DNA of 33,302 bases from Gammaproteobacteria bacterium (GTDB taxonomy: Bacteria > Pseudomonadota > Gammaproteobacteria > Ga0077536), in the NCBI GenBank assembly GCA_050248455.1, contig JBFWSI010000001.1, positions 1 through 33,302 on the forward strand, written 5' to 3'. The position numbers and the translations under genes were made by a program. Shown piece by piece: positions 8,960-16,744 of the stretch (positions within the stretch are counted from its first letter, which is position 1; every line of letters starts with the position of its first letter). The notes beneath the pieces were generated by a model. It was not told where the DNA came from, ran no database searches, and saw only the letters and a list, made by a program, of their open reading frames with translations.

Positions 8960-9460
8960 TCAACACGCGATCGGGCCGACCAGGGATGCCGCGAGCGCCG
9001 CGTCCGACGCGAGCCCGATGCCGCGCGGATCGCCCGCCCAGTACAGGGTGACGTGCAGCGGCGGACGCGGCACGGGCACGGCGAGCACGCGCTCCAGCGC
9101 AGCGTGGATCGCCGCCGCGGCCGGCACGTCGACGCGCTGGACGATCGCGCGCACGGCCGGCGCTTCGGGTCGCTGCACGAGCAGACGGCCTGCGCGTGGC
9201 AGCACGCGCCAGTCGGCGATTGCGGTCGCGGCGAGATGACGGGCGAGCGCATCCGAGGCCGCACGATTGCCGGCCACGTGCGCCGCGAGCGCGCTGCCGA
9301 CGAGCGTCACGTGATACTCGTCCTTCGGCCGATAGCAGACGCCGTCGATTTGCAGCGATCGTCGATGAGCGGCGAAGCACGCATCGTGGAGCGGCAGCAG
9401 CACGCGGCACTCGGCGTCGAGGACGGGCACGGTCGATGCCGCCCAGATTTCCTCGCTCAC
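8960..9460 (-). CDS. 2H phosphoesterase superfamily protein (LigT / 2'-5' RNA ligase-like)
   Basis: 166 aa with two H-x-T-x motifs at the expected spacing (EYHVTLVG near residue 50, PLHVTLYW near residue 135). The GTG start overlaps the upstream stop as GTGA. Confidence 0.7.
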   Translation of the reverse strand: MSEEIWAASTVPVLDAECRVLLPLHDACFAAHRRSLQIDGVCYRPKDEYHVTLVGSALAAHVAGNRAASDALARHLAATAIADWRVLPRAGRLLVQRPEAPAVRAIVQRVDVPAAAAIHAALERVLAVPVPRPPLHVTLYWAGDPRGIGLASDAALAASLVGPIAC

Positions 9461-9900
9461 GGAGCGCTCGGCGCCTCGTCGGCGGCGTCGAGCAGATGCA
9501 GCGCGCGGCGGTACTTCTCCATCCGTGCGTAGTCCTGCGGCATCGGCGCCGCGATGCGCGAGAGATCCAGGTTGTCGTGCAGATCGGCGCGCTTCACGCG
9601 GCGTGCGATCGGATTGCGCGCGGCGCGGCGCACGAAGTCCTCGTAGCTTTCATCCTCGCGCCTGGTCAGCGCGAGCACGGCGTCGATCACCGCGCGCGGG
9701 AAGCCCGCCGTCTCGAGATGCGCGACGGTGACGCCGCAGTCCTCGATCGTGTCGTGCAGCAGCGCGGCCATTTGCTCGTGTTCGTGCGTCAGGGACAGCA
9801 ACATCCGCAGCGGATGCAGCACGTACGGCGCACCGGCCTTGTCCACCTGATTGACGTGCGCCATCGCGGCATAGGCAATGGCCTTCGCGAGCATCGACAT
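9457..9900 (-). CDS. Small alarmone hydrolase-like HD-domain protein (stand-alone SpoT/Mesh1-type hydrolase domain)
   Basis: Motifs AHVNQVDKAGAPYVLHP, ALLHDTIED and VKRADLHDNL match the RelA/SpoT HD hydrolase domain. No synthetase or regulatory domains are present. I chose the start at ATG 9900 (GGAG 7 nt upstream) rather than the TTG at 9912 used by the track. Confidence 0.8.
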   Translation of the reverse strand: MSMLAKAIAYAAMAHVNQVDKAGAPYVLHPLRMLLSLTHEHEQMAALLHDTIEDCGVTVAHLETAGFPRAVIDAVLALTRREDESYEDFVRRAARNPIARRVKRADLHDNLDLSRIAAPMPQDYARMEKYRRALHLLDAADEAPSAP

Positions 9901-9944
9901 GCCTTGCTCCAAGATGGATTACAGCGACGACGAAGACTTTCTTC

Positions 9945-10035
9945 GTAGCCCGGGTGGAGCGCGCAGCGCGCAACCCGGGAGCGGCGCTTCCGGCCCGGCA
10001 GGATCCCGGGTTTCGCGACGTGACCCCCGGGCTAC
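9945..10035. repeat. REP-like composite: forward 37-nt unit plus inverted 33-nt-type unit
   Basis: 9945-9981 gtagcccgggtggagcgcgcagcgcgcaacccgggag. 10002-10035 gatcccgggtttcgcgacgtgacccccgggctac. Same family as the units at 177-386. It lies between the HD gene and rnk. Confidence 0.85.
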
Positions 10036-10082
10036 GGCCTACGGCGTGCGGATGCCGTTTCCGGAGCGGTGGTGACGTCGCA

Positions 10083-10487
10083 TCACGCCGGCGGCTCGAC
10101 CTCGAGCACGGTCAGTTCGTGCCCGCGTCCGTCCGGTCCGGTCCAGGGAATCGACTGCCCCGGCGACAGGCCGAGCAGCGCGGTGCCGACCGGCGAGAGG
10201 ATCGACACCTTGTGCTGCGCGATGTCCGCCTCCTGCGGAAACACCAAGGTCACGCGCCTGGGCGCCGTGCCTGCCGTGACGAAGCTGACCGTCGAGCCGA
10301 TGCGCACGACGTCCGGCGTCATCGACGCCGCCGGCGCGATCTGCGCGCGGTCGATCTCCGCCTGGAGCTCCTCCGCTGCGGCCGGCACCGGCCGATCGAT
10401 GCTTTCGAGCAGCGCGACGATGCGGTCGAAGTCGTTCTCGCTGACGACGATCGGCGGCTTGCTCCTGATGTTCATGTTCCCGTTCAT
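10083..10487 (-). CDS. rnk: Nucleoside diphosphate kinase regulator Rnk (GreA/GreB C-terminal domain family)
   Basis: 134 aa. PPIVVSENDFDRIVALLE plus the C-terminal Gre-like region (VRIGSTVSF...VTLVFPQEADIAQHKVSILSPVGTALLGLSPGQSIPW) is the typical Rnk signature. Confidence 0.85.
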   Translation of the reverse strand: MNGNMNIRSKPPIVVSENDFDRIVALLESIDRPVPAAAEELQAEIDRAQIAPAASMTPDVVRIGSTVSFVTAGTAPRRVTLVFPQEADIAQHKVSILSPVGTALLGLSPGQSIPWTGPDGRGHELTVLEVEPPA

Positions 10488-10789
10488 GGTGTCCGTGCGA
10501 CTCCCTTGCGCGCGCCGGCGAGGCCGGCCGCGATCGTGCGATCGATATCGATGGAAAGCGCCTAGAGAATGGCCGCGTTCGGCGCGGTCAGCCCCCGGAG
10601 CCCGGGGCGCAGACGGCCGAACTCCAGGGGTCAGGAATGTGAAATCGGGCGAACCCGGAAAGCGTTGCAGAGCGCGAAGAGCATGACGCTAGCTTGCCGC
10701 GCCGGCGCGCAATGTCAAGGCGGTCGGCGCACCGAATCCCCCGGTCGCACCCGGTATGCTGGGCGGCATCCCCCAGCGAACGATTACCG

Positions 10790-11722
10790 ATGACCGATTT
10801 CCGCCGCCGCGTCCTCACCGCCCTCGCCTTGAACCGCACGCCCGGCTTCACCTTCGCCGGCAACTATCTCGGCGTCCGTTTCGGAGCCGCCAGCCCGCAG
10901 CGTGCTCGCGTCGAGATGGACGCGGGCCCACACGTCGAGGACGACGCCGGCCGTCTCGACATGGCCGCAGTCTGCCTGCTCGCCGACATCGCGATGGCGA
11001 CGGTCGTGCGCGCCAACCTCACGCCGACGCAAAGGCTGGCGACGGTGAGCATGAGTCTGCAGTTCACGGGCGTGCCGCTGGTCGGCACGCTGGCCGGCGT
11101 CGGCGAATTCGAGGGCTTCGTCGACGGCGCGGACAGCCGGCAGTGTCTCTGTCGCGTGCAGCTGCACGCGGACGATCGCCGGGTGGCGTTCGGAGCGGGC
11201 GCCTTCATGGTCATGGACCCGCCGCCCGGTCAGACCATGCATCCGCTGGTAAGTGCCGTGCATGCGGGCGCGACGGCGCTGGCCGAACAGGCGCTGGACG
11301 AACGCGAGAAAGCCATCCTGGCGCGCGCCGACGGGGCGCTGCACGGCAAGGATTCCGCGCGCGGAGCCCTGCGACGCTTCTGGGGCTTCCTGCCCGAGCC
11401 GACGGCCACCGGCGCGCGTTGCCTTACCGCCAACGGCCCGCATCTCGGCAACCGCGTCGGCCATTTCCAGGGCGGGCTGCAGATCGGAATGGCGCTCGAC
11501 ACCGCGGGCTGCGCGTTATCGGAGGAGTGGTCGGTCTCCAGTGTCGCCGCGTTCTTCCTCAGCCGCGGCGAAGGCGAACACTTCGTCGCGGATGCGCGCA
11601 TCGAGCACCGCGGCCGGCACACCGCCGTGCTGCGCACGGCCGTGCTCGACGGCGCGGGCCGGCAGGTGCTGGTGGCGGAGACGACGCATTTGAAACGAGG
11701 GCCTTGCGTAGCCAGGGTGTAG
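10790..11722 (+). CDS. Double hotdog-fold thioesterase (two PaaI/YigI-like domains)
   Basis: I chose the start at ATG 10790 (MTDFRRRVLTALALNRTPGF); the track start adds an Arg-rich extension. There are two similar halves, each ending in a hotdog-like beta sheet (GEFEGFVDGADSRQCLCRVQL...; ARIEHRGRHTAVLRTAVLD). The stop overlaps a REP unit. Confidence 0.7.
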   Translation: MTDFRRRVLTALALNRTPGFTFAGNYLGVRFGAASPQRARVEMDAGPHVEDDAGRLDMAAVCLLADIAMATVVRANLTPTQRLATVSMSLQFTGVPLVGTLAGVGEFEGFVDGADSRQCLCRVQLHADDRRVAFGAGAFMVMDPPPGQTMHPLVSAVHAGATALAEQALDEREKAILARADGALHGKDSARGALRRFWGFLPEPTATGARCLTANGPHLGNRVGHFQGGLQIGMALDTAGCALSEEWSVSSVAAFFLSRGEGEHFVADARIEHRGRHTAVLRTAVLDGAGRQVLVAETTHLKRGPCVARV

Positions 11723-11779
11723 CGCAGCGAAACCCGGGATCCTGCGTGCCTGTCGTTCGCTCCCGGGTTACCGCTACAC
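11708..11779. repeat. REP-like composite with a degenerate second arm
   Basis: 11708-11740 gtagccagggtgtagcgcagcgaaacccgggat. A degenerate inverted arm lies at 11759-11779 (gctcccgggttaccgctacac). It overlaps the stop codons of both convergent genes (TAG 11720-11722 and 11774-11776). Confidence 0.7.
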
Positions 11780-13174
11780 CGCCGGATGCCGCCTGTGCCA
11801 GCGCGTCGCGCGCTGGAAGGCCCAGCCGGCCTGCACCAGCAGATGCTCGCCGAAATGCGGCGCGACGAATTGGAACGCGATCGGTGCGCCGTCCGGCGTC
11901 TGCCCGCCGGGCAGCGTGAGCGTGGGGCTGCCGGTCATGTCGAAGGGGCAGGTATAGCGCAGCATCCCGGACAGGAGATCGGCGTCCTCGCCGAACTTGG
12001 ACATGCGCTCGACGGTCGGCGCGGCGAAAGCAGTGGCCGGAATGATCAGGAGATCCAGCGACTGGAACACCGCCTGCACGCGGCCCGCGAAATCGGCGCG
12101 GCGCAGCGCGAGCTTCTGGTAGTCCATCGCGCTCAGGCTGCGGCCGAGCTCGATGAGACCGGCGAGACCGGGGCCGTACGCGTCCTTGCGCGAAGGATAG
12201 GTCGCTTCGTGGGCGACGGCGGTTTCGACGGCGCACAGCGGGGTCCAATCGTCGACGGCCTGCGCCGTGTCCGGGAACTTGACGTCGATGACGATCGCGC
12301 CCAGCGCCTCGACGGTGCGTATCGCGTCGAGCAGCATCGCTTTCGTCGCGGCGTCGACGCGCTCGACCGTCCATGCGCGATCGATGCCGACGCGCAGTCC
12401 GCGCAGCCCGCGCGTCATCGTCGCGAGGTAGTCCGGCACCGGCAGCTGCACGGCGGTCGGGTCCAGCGGATCGGGGCCGGCGATCGCAGCGAGGATCGCG
12501 GCGGCATCGGCGGCGCTGCGCGTCATCGGTCCGATGTGATCGAGCGAGGCCGCGAGCTCGAACGCGCCGTGACGACTCACGCGACCCCAGGTCGGCTTCA
12601 GGCCCGTGATGCCGTTCGCCGCGGACGGGAATCGAATCGAGCCGCCGGTATCCGTGCCGAGCGAACCGAAGCAGAGGCCGGCCGCCGTCGCGACGCCGGA
12701 CCCGCTCGACGACGCGCCCGACCACAGCTGCCTGCCCCAGGGATTCACCGGCGGCGGCACGTCGGGATGATGATCGGCGAACGCACCCTCGGTCTGCTGC
12801 AGCTTGCCGAGGATCACCGCGCCGGCTTCGCGCAGGCGCCGCACGGTCGTCGCGTCCTCCGTCGGCTTGAAGTCCCTGTGCAAGGGCATGCCGTGCGTCG
12901 TGCGCACGCCGGCCGTCCACAGCAGGTCCTTCACCGCGAGCGGCACGCCGTGCAAGGGGCCGCGCGCCCTGCCCGCCGCGATCTCGGCGTCCGCCCGCGT
13001 CGCCTCCGCGAGCGCCTGATCCGCCATCACGGTGACATAGCTCAGGAGCGAGCGATCGACCGCTTCGATGCGCGACAGCAAGGCCTGCGTGACTTCGACC
13101 GAGGAACGGTCGCGGGACTGGATCTGGCGGGCGACTTCGAGGAGTTCGAGGTAGTGCAGGTCGGTGTGAGCCAT
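11774..13174 (-). CDS. Amidase (amidase-signature family, GatA-like)
   Basis: I chose the start at ATG 13174 with RBS GGGGAGAAG upstream. It carries GPLHGVPLAVKDL and the Gly/Ser-rich AS motif (GGSSSGSGVATAAGL...GTDTGGSIRFPSA). The track ORF is extended at the 5' end. Confidence 0.9.
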   Translation of the reverse strand: MAHTDLHYLELLEVARQIQSRDRSSVEVTQALLSRIEAVDRSLLSYVTVMADQALAEATRADAEIAAGRARGPLHGVPLAVKDLLWTAGVRTTHGMPLHRDFKPTEDATTVRRLREAGAVILGKLQQTEGAFADHHPDVPPPVNPWGRQLWSGASSSGSGVATAAGLCFGSLGTDTGGSIRFPSAANGITGLKPTWGRVSRHGAFELAASLDHIGPMTRSAADAAAILAAIAGPDPLDPTAVQLPVPDYLATMTRGLRGLRVGIDRAWTVERVDAATKAMLLDAIRTVEALGAIVIDVKFPDTAQAVDDWTPLCAVETAVAHEATYPSRKDAYGPGLAGLIELGRSLSAMDYQKLALRRADFAGRVQAVFQSLDLLIIPATAFAAPTVERMSKFGEDADLLSGMLRYTCPFDMTGSPTLTLPGGQTPDGAPIAFQFVAPHFGEHLLVQAGWAFQRATRWHRRHPAV

Positions 13175-13326
13175 GGTGCTTCTCCCCGGCGCGGTCGGCG
13201 CGTGGTCGTTCTTGCTGCGAAAAGCGTCTCCCCCAAGGTCCGCACCGCAGTGCCGGTGCGGCCGCACTGCAAGACTATCCGTTGCCCGACGCGCGTGCGA
13301 GGACAAAGTCCGATCTCGTAGCTTGG

Positions 13327-13380
13327 GCTGACGAAGGAAGCCCAACATCGGGCGCCGAACCTTGGGCTTCCTTCGTCAGC
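13327..13380. repeat. Perfect 19-bp inverted repeat with a 16-nt spacer
   Basis: Left arm gctgacgaaggaagcccaa (13327-13345), right arm ttgggcttccttcgtcagc (13362-13380). It is intergenic, upstream of the amidase gene. No T-tract follows on either side. Confidence 0.8.
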
Positions 13381-13450
13381 GCAGCGGTGATGAGGCGCGC
13401 ATCACCCCCATCATGAAAAAGACATAGACCTTCGACGTGCACGGCGTTTC

Positions 13451-13672
13451 GTAGCCCGGGTGGAGCGCGCAGCGCGTAACCCGGGATCGGCGCCCGCCGT
13501 CTTTTCATGCATTCGAGAAGATACGTGCGGCGCGCCGAGCATGGCCGAAAGCCCTTGCGTATCGGGCATGCCCTATCCCGGGTTCCGCTACGCTGCACCC
13601 GGGCTACGAAACGGAGGCGCGCTCCTTCACGGCAACCTACGGCCTGCGCGCATCCGGGCTACCGGGATCCCG
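13451..13672. repeat. REP-like units: forward 37-nt unit, inverted 33-nt unit and a partial third copy
   Basis: 13451-13487 gtagcccgggtggagcgcgcagcgcgtaacccgggat. 13575-13607 atcccgggttccgctacgctgcacccgggctac. A partial copy lies at about 13650-13672 (gcatccgggctaccgggatcccg). These fill the ADH-amidase intergenic region. Confidence 0.8.
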
Positions 13673-13677
13673 TGGGT

Positions 13678-14772
13678 CTAGGGCCGCACCGCGACCTTCA
13701 GCACCCCGTCCCGCTGGTTCGCGAAGAGATCGTAGGCGGCGACGATGTCGTCGAGCTTGAAATGGTGCGTCACCAGCACGTCGAGGCTCACGCGCTTCGC
13801 GGCGACGATGTTCATCAATCGTCGCATGCGTTCCTTGCCGCCCGGACACAGCGCGGTGACGATGCGGTGATCGCCGAGGCCCGCGGCGAAGGCGCCGAGG
13901 GGAATGGTGAGATCGCTGGAGTACACGCCGAGGCTGGACAGCGTGCCGCCCGGCTTCAGCACGCGCAGCGCGGACTCGAAGGTGCCCTGCGTGCCCAACG
14001 CCTCGATCGCGCTATCGACGCCACGGCCGCCGGTCAGCTTCATGATCTCGTCGACGGGATCGCAGTCGTGGAAATTCAGCGTGACGTCCGCGCCCATCAC
14101 GCTCGAGATGTCGAGGCGATGCGCGTTGCCGTCGACGGTGATGATGGTGCTCGCGCCGAGCAGGCGCGCGCCGGCGGTCGCACACAGGCCGATCGGCCCC
14201 TGGGCGAAGACGGCGACCACGTCGCCGATCTTGATGTTCGCGTTCTCCGCACCCTTGAAACCGGTGGACATGATGTCCGGGCACATCAGCACCTCTTCGT
14301 CGGTGAGACCGTCGGGAATCGGTGCGAGGTTGGCCTGCGCATCCGGCACGCGCACATACTCCGCCTGCGTGCCGTCGATCAGATTGCCGAAGCGCCAGCC
14401 GGCCGTCGCCTTGTAGCCGTGCGCGCCGCACTGGCCGCTGGGGATCAGATAGCTGCCGTCCTGCGACGGCGCACCGTCCTGGCAGGCGTAGGAGGTGAAG
14501 CTGGGACAGATGGCGCCGGCGATGACGCGCTGGCCCTCCATATAGCCCTGGACCGCGCTGCCGAGCTTCGCGATCACGCCGACGGGCTCGTGCCCGACGA
14601 TCAAACCGGGCTTCACCGGGTACTCGCCCTTGAGGATGTGCACGTCGGTGCCGCAGATCGTGGTGGTCGTGATCTTCACCAGGGCGTCGTTGGGGCCGAC
14701 ATCCGGGATCGGCTTGTCGGCGAGCTCGATGCGGCCCGGGGCGACGAATACGGCGGCTTTCATGCTGCTCAT
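13678..14772 (-). CDS. Zinc-dependent NAD(P)-alcohol dehydrogenase (medium-chain dehydrogenase/reductase)
   Basis: I chose the start at ATG 14772 with AGGAGA 7 nt upstream. MKAAVFVAPGRIELADKPIP..., the Zn-ligand context ICGTDVHILKGEYP..GHEPVG, and the Rossmann motif VAVFAQGPIGL support the call. Confidence 0.9.
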   Translation of the reverse strand: MSSMKAAVFVAPGRIELADKPIPDVGPNDALVKITTTTICGTDVHILKGEYPVKPGLIVGHEPVGVIAKLGSAVQGYMEGQRVIAGAICPSFTSYACQDGAPSQDGSYLIPSGQCGAHGYKATAGWRFGNLIDGTQAEYVRVPDAQANLAPIPDGLTDEEVLMCPDIMSTGFKGAENANIKIGDVVAVFAQGPIGLCATAGARLLGASTIITVDGNAHRLDISSVMGADVTLNFHDCDPVDEIMKLTGGRGVDSAIEALGTQGTFESALRVLKPGGTLSSLGVYSSDLTIPLGAFAAGLGDHRIVTALCPGGKERMRRLMNIVAAKRVSLDVLVTHHFKLDDIVAAYDLFANQRDGVLKVAVRP

Positions 14773-14907
14773 GAAAAGTTCTCCTGCTGGCGAGCGATGC
14801 GTCGGTCCAATACTAATGCGGCCCGCGTGCAGGCGTGGTGACGGCTCTCGAGCGCGGGACGTCGTCCGACAGGCCGTCCTGCATACGGGCGGCAACCGCG
14901 CTCCACC

Positions 14908-14929
14908 GTGAGCGACGACGTTCGCTCAC
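14908..14929. promoter_or_regulatory. 8-bp perfect inverted repeat with a 6-nt spacer in a divergent intergenic region (candidate operator)
   Basis: gtgagcga-cgacgt-tcgctcac, located between the adh start (14772, minus) and the small ORF start (15008, plus). No cognate regulator gene is adjacent. Confidence 0.25.
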
Positions 14930-15007
14930 GGTCGAGCACGATGCGGCCGACAGTCGCACTGCGCGGGCTTGCACACAATGTGCGTCCGCAATCCTGGAGC
15001 GTAAACG

Positions 15008-15301
15008 ATGAAAATCTCGTGCGCCCGGTCAAGCTCGCTCGTACTCGCGACTTCGCTGATGCTCGCGCCGCTGGCGCAGGCCGCCGAGCGCCACGCCGAC
15101 GGCATGCACGGCGATCGCGCTTCGACGCCCCAGTCACGCGCAGACGCAGTGGACAGCAGCCCTGCTCGCAACACCGGCACGGAGAATGGAGATCCTTCGT
15201 CGCTCTACGCAAGCCATTCGCCGCTGGGCCCGGGCGCGCCTGCTGCGAGCGGCACGCCGGAAAGCGCCGGCACCGAAGACGACGGCGACACGACGCGCTG
15301 A
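15008..15301 (+). CDS. Small secreted hypothetical protein (signal peptide plus low-complexity acidic/Pro/Ser-rich tail)
   Basis: 97 aa with GGAG 8 nt upstream of the ATG. The N-terminus MKISCARSSSLVLATSLMLAPLAQA looks like a Sec signal with an AQA cleavage site. The rest is low complexity. Confidence 0.5.
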   Translation: MKISCARSSSLVLATSLMLAPLAQAAERHADGMHGDRASTPQSRADAVDSSPARNTGTENGDPSSLYASHSPLGPGAPAASGTPESAGTEDDGDTTR

Positions 15302-15321
15302 GCCGCGTAGCGCCGATCTCG

Positions 15322-15525
15322 TCAGGGGCAGGGCTCGGTCGGTGCGTCGTCGTGCAGCCCGAATTCGGGATCGCCGCTGTCCAGCGCGATCCGCAGCCAC
15401 AGCACGCGCGCTTCGTCGTCGGCTGCGTCCAGCACGGGCGGCTGGCGATCGAAGCGCATGACGTACTCGAGCTCGAGGGCCAGGAGCTCGCTGTGTGCGT
15501 CCTGGCCAAACACTGCGTCCGTCAT
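15322..15525 (-). CDS. Hypothetical acidic 67-aa protein
   Basis: ATG preceded by GAGGAA. Third codon positions are GC-rich. No recognisable family. It converges on the 15008 ORF. Confidence 0.35.
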   Translation of the reverse strand: MTDAVFGQDAHSELLALELEYVMRFDRQPPVLDAADDEARVLWLRIALDSGDPEFGLHDDAPTEPCP

Positions 15526-15789
15526 GGCGGCCGGTTCCTCTGTTCAGGTTCGGACATTCTGGAATGCCGCGGCAGGAGGGCCAGCAGACGACGGGCGCCG
15601 GCGATGCCGGCATTCGACGCAGGGCGGGTCTGCGAAAAGGAAACGCGCGGCGGCGTAGCGTCCGGCCCGGGCGCGCGGGGACGGGCGCCTACATTGGCGA
15701 GACGTCGCAGATCCTAAGCTGAGCGTGGCGCAGCGTCCGCTGGCCGCTGCCGCACGTCGGCCGTCTCACCACATCCCGGGAGGAACACC

Positions 15790-16329
15790 ATGAATGTATC
15801 TTTTCGCGCCCTGCGCTCACCCACTGCGATGCTGCTCTTGCTGTTCGCCACGCTCGCTTCGCCGGTGAGTTTTGCCGATTCCCGCTCGGATCCCAGAGCG
15901 CAGTTCGCCAACGCCCGCCAGGAGATCCTCGATCTCATCTCGGCCTACAGTTATACCTATGATGCGAAGGACGTCCCCCGCTGGCTCGAGCTCTTCACCC
16001 ACGACGCGCGCTGGGCCTGGTATGCAGGTCCGCAGCGCACGCTGACCGTCAGCCTGCCGGGCAGGCAGGCGATGAACGACTTCTTCGCGCCACGCCTCGC
16101 CGCTCTCGCCCAGCAGGGCGTCCAGAGCCGTCACTTCCAGACCAATACGGTGTTCACCTCGTTCAACGGCAGGGAAGCAAGCGCGAAAACCTATGTCCTC
16201 GTCACCTGGCAATACGCCGGCGAGCTGGTGCCGCGCCCGGTCCATACCGGCTACTACGAGGACAAGTTCGTGCGCACGCCGCGCGGATGGAAGTTCAAGG
16301 AGCGGATCATTTACGTCGATCACGTGTGA
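15790..16329 (+). CDS. NTF2/SnoaL-like fold protein with an N-terminal signal peptide
   Basis: 179 aa with RBS GGGAGGAA upstream. Signal MLLLLFATLASPVSFA. ILDLISAYSYTYDAKDV..WLELFTHDA and the C-terminal GYYEDKFVRTPRGWKFKER are typical of the SnoaL_4/NTF2-like family. Confidence 0.8.
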   Translation: MNVSFRALRSPTAMLLLLFATLASPVSFADSRSDPRAQFANARQEILDLISAYSYTYDAKDVPRWLELFTHDARWAWYAGPQRTLTVSLPGRQAMNDFFAPRLAALAQQGVQSRHFQTNTVFTSFNGREASAKTYVLVTWQYAGELVPRPVHTGYYEDKFVRTPRGWKFKERIIYVDHV

Positions 16330-16342
16330 AGACGGCGGATGC

Positions 16343-16370
16343 GCCCGGTGCGGCGGCGGTCGCACCGGGC
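16343..16370 (+). terminator. GC-rich hairpin 14 nt after the NTF2-like gene stop (candidate intrinsic terminator without a U-tract)
   Basis: gcccggtgcg-gcggcggt-cgcaccgggc: a 10-bp perfect stem with an 8-nt loop. It is followed by tcgcgcgg, so there is no T run. Confidence 0.35.
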
Positions 16371-16632
16371 TCGCGCGGCGCGCGACAGGGGCGGTGCGAA
16401 CCGCAGTCGCGTGACGCTGGACTGCGCTGCCGAGATCGATGCGAACCCAGGGAATCCACACCCGGCAGGAGTCCAAGGAGCGCCCGCGAACAGCTACGCG
16501 CCGCGTGCAGGGGCTCCTCGATCTGCGGCCGCCTTTGCCTCTAGCGTCCACGGGCCACGGGCGGTCCGGTGAAAGGCTTGTTCTGGGTCAAGGCGCATCA
16601 TTTCGTTCTCGCCTACCGTGAAATCTCCTCGA

Positions 16633-16657
16633 ATGTCCTACATATTACGTAGGACAT
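16633..16657. promoter_or_regulatory. 9-bp perfect inverted repeat with a 7-nt AT-rich spacer (candidate operator upstream of the orphan REC gene)
   Basis: atgtcctac-atattac-gtaggacat. It lies in the most AT-rich stretch of this intergenic region, about 90 nt upstream of ATG 16745. Confidence 0.35.
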
Positions 16658-16744
16658 CCGGGCGCATGCTTCGTGGCTGCGGTGAGCCCGCAGCGGCCAT
16701 GGACGGCGATAGCTCGAACATCGATCGCTAACGCCAGTTCCAAT

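Noticed and set aside
7741-9264. N-terminally extended track ORFs (507 aa here; also 538 aa for cheB, 524 aa amidase, 405 aa ADH, 417 aa HisKA_2 kinase, 342 aa thioesterase)
   Set aside because: The extensions are Arg/Pro/Ala-rich, overlap upstream genes or REP elements, and bypass internal starts that have good RBSs, signal peptides or stop-start coupling. Shorter coordinates were used.
10541-10552. 12-bp palindrome atcgatatcgat in the rnk / thioesterase divergent region as an operator
   Set aside because: It is short and built from the simple self-complementary ATCGAT/GATATC motif. No adjacent regulator gene is present and there is no second copy in the window.
16330-16744. The 415-bp intergenic region as a small RNA or riboswitch
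   Set aside because: Apart from the hairpin at 16343-16370 and the palindrome at 16633-16657, I could not recognise any conserved riboswitch core or a promoter-terminator pair defining an sRNA. This cannot be decided without expression data.
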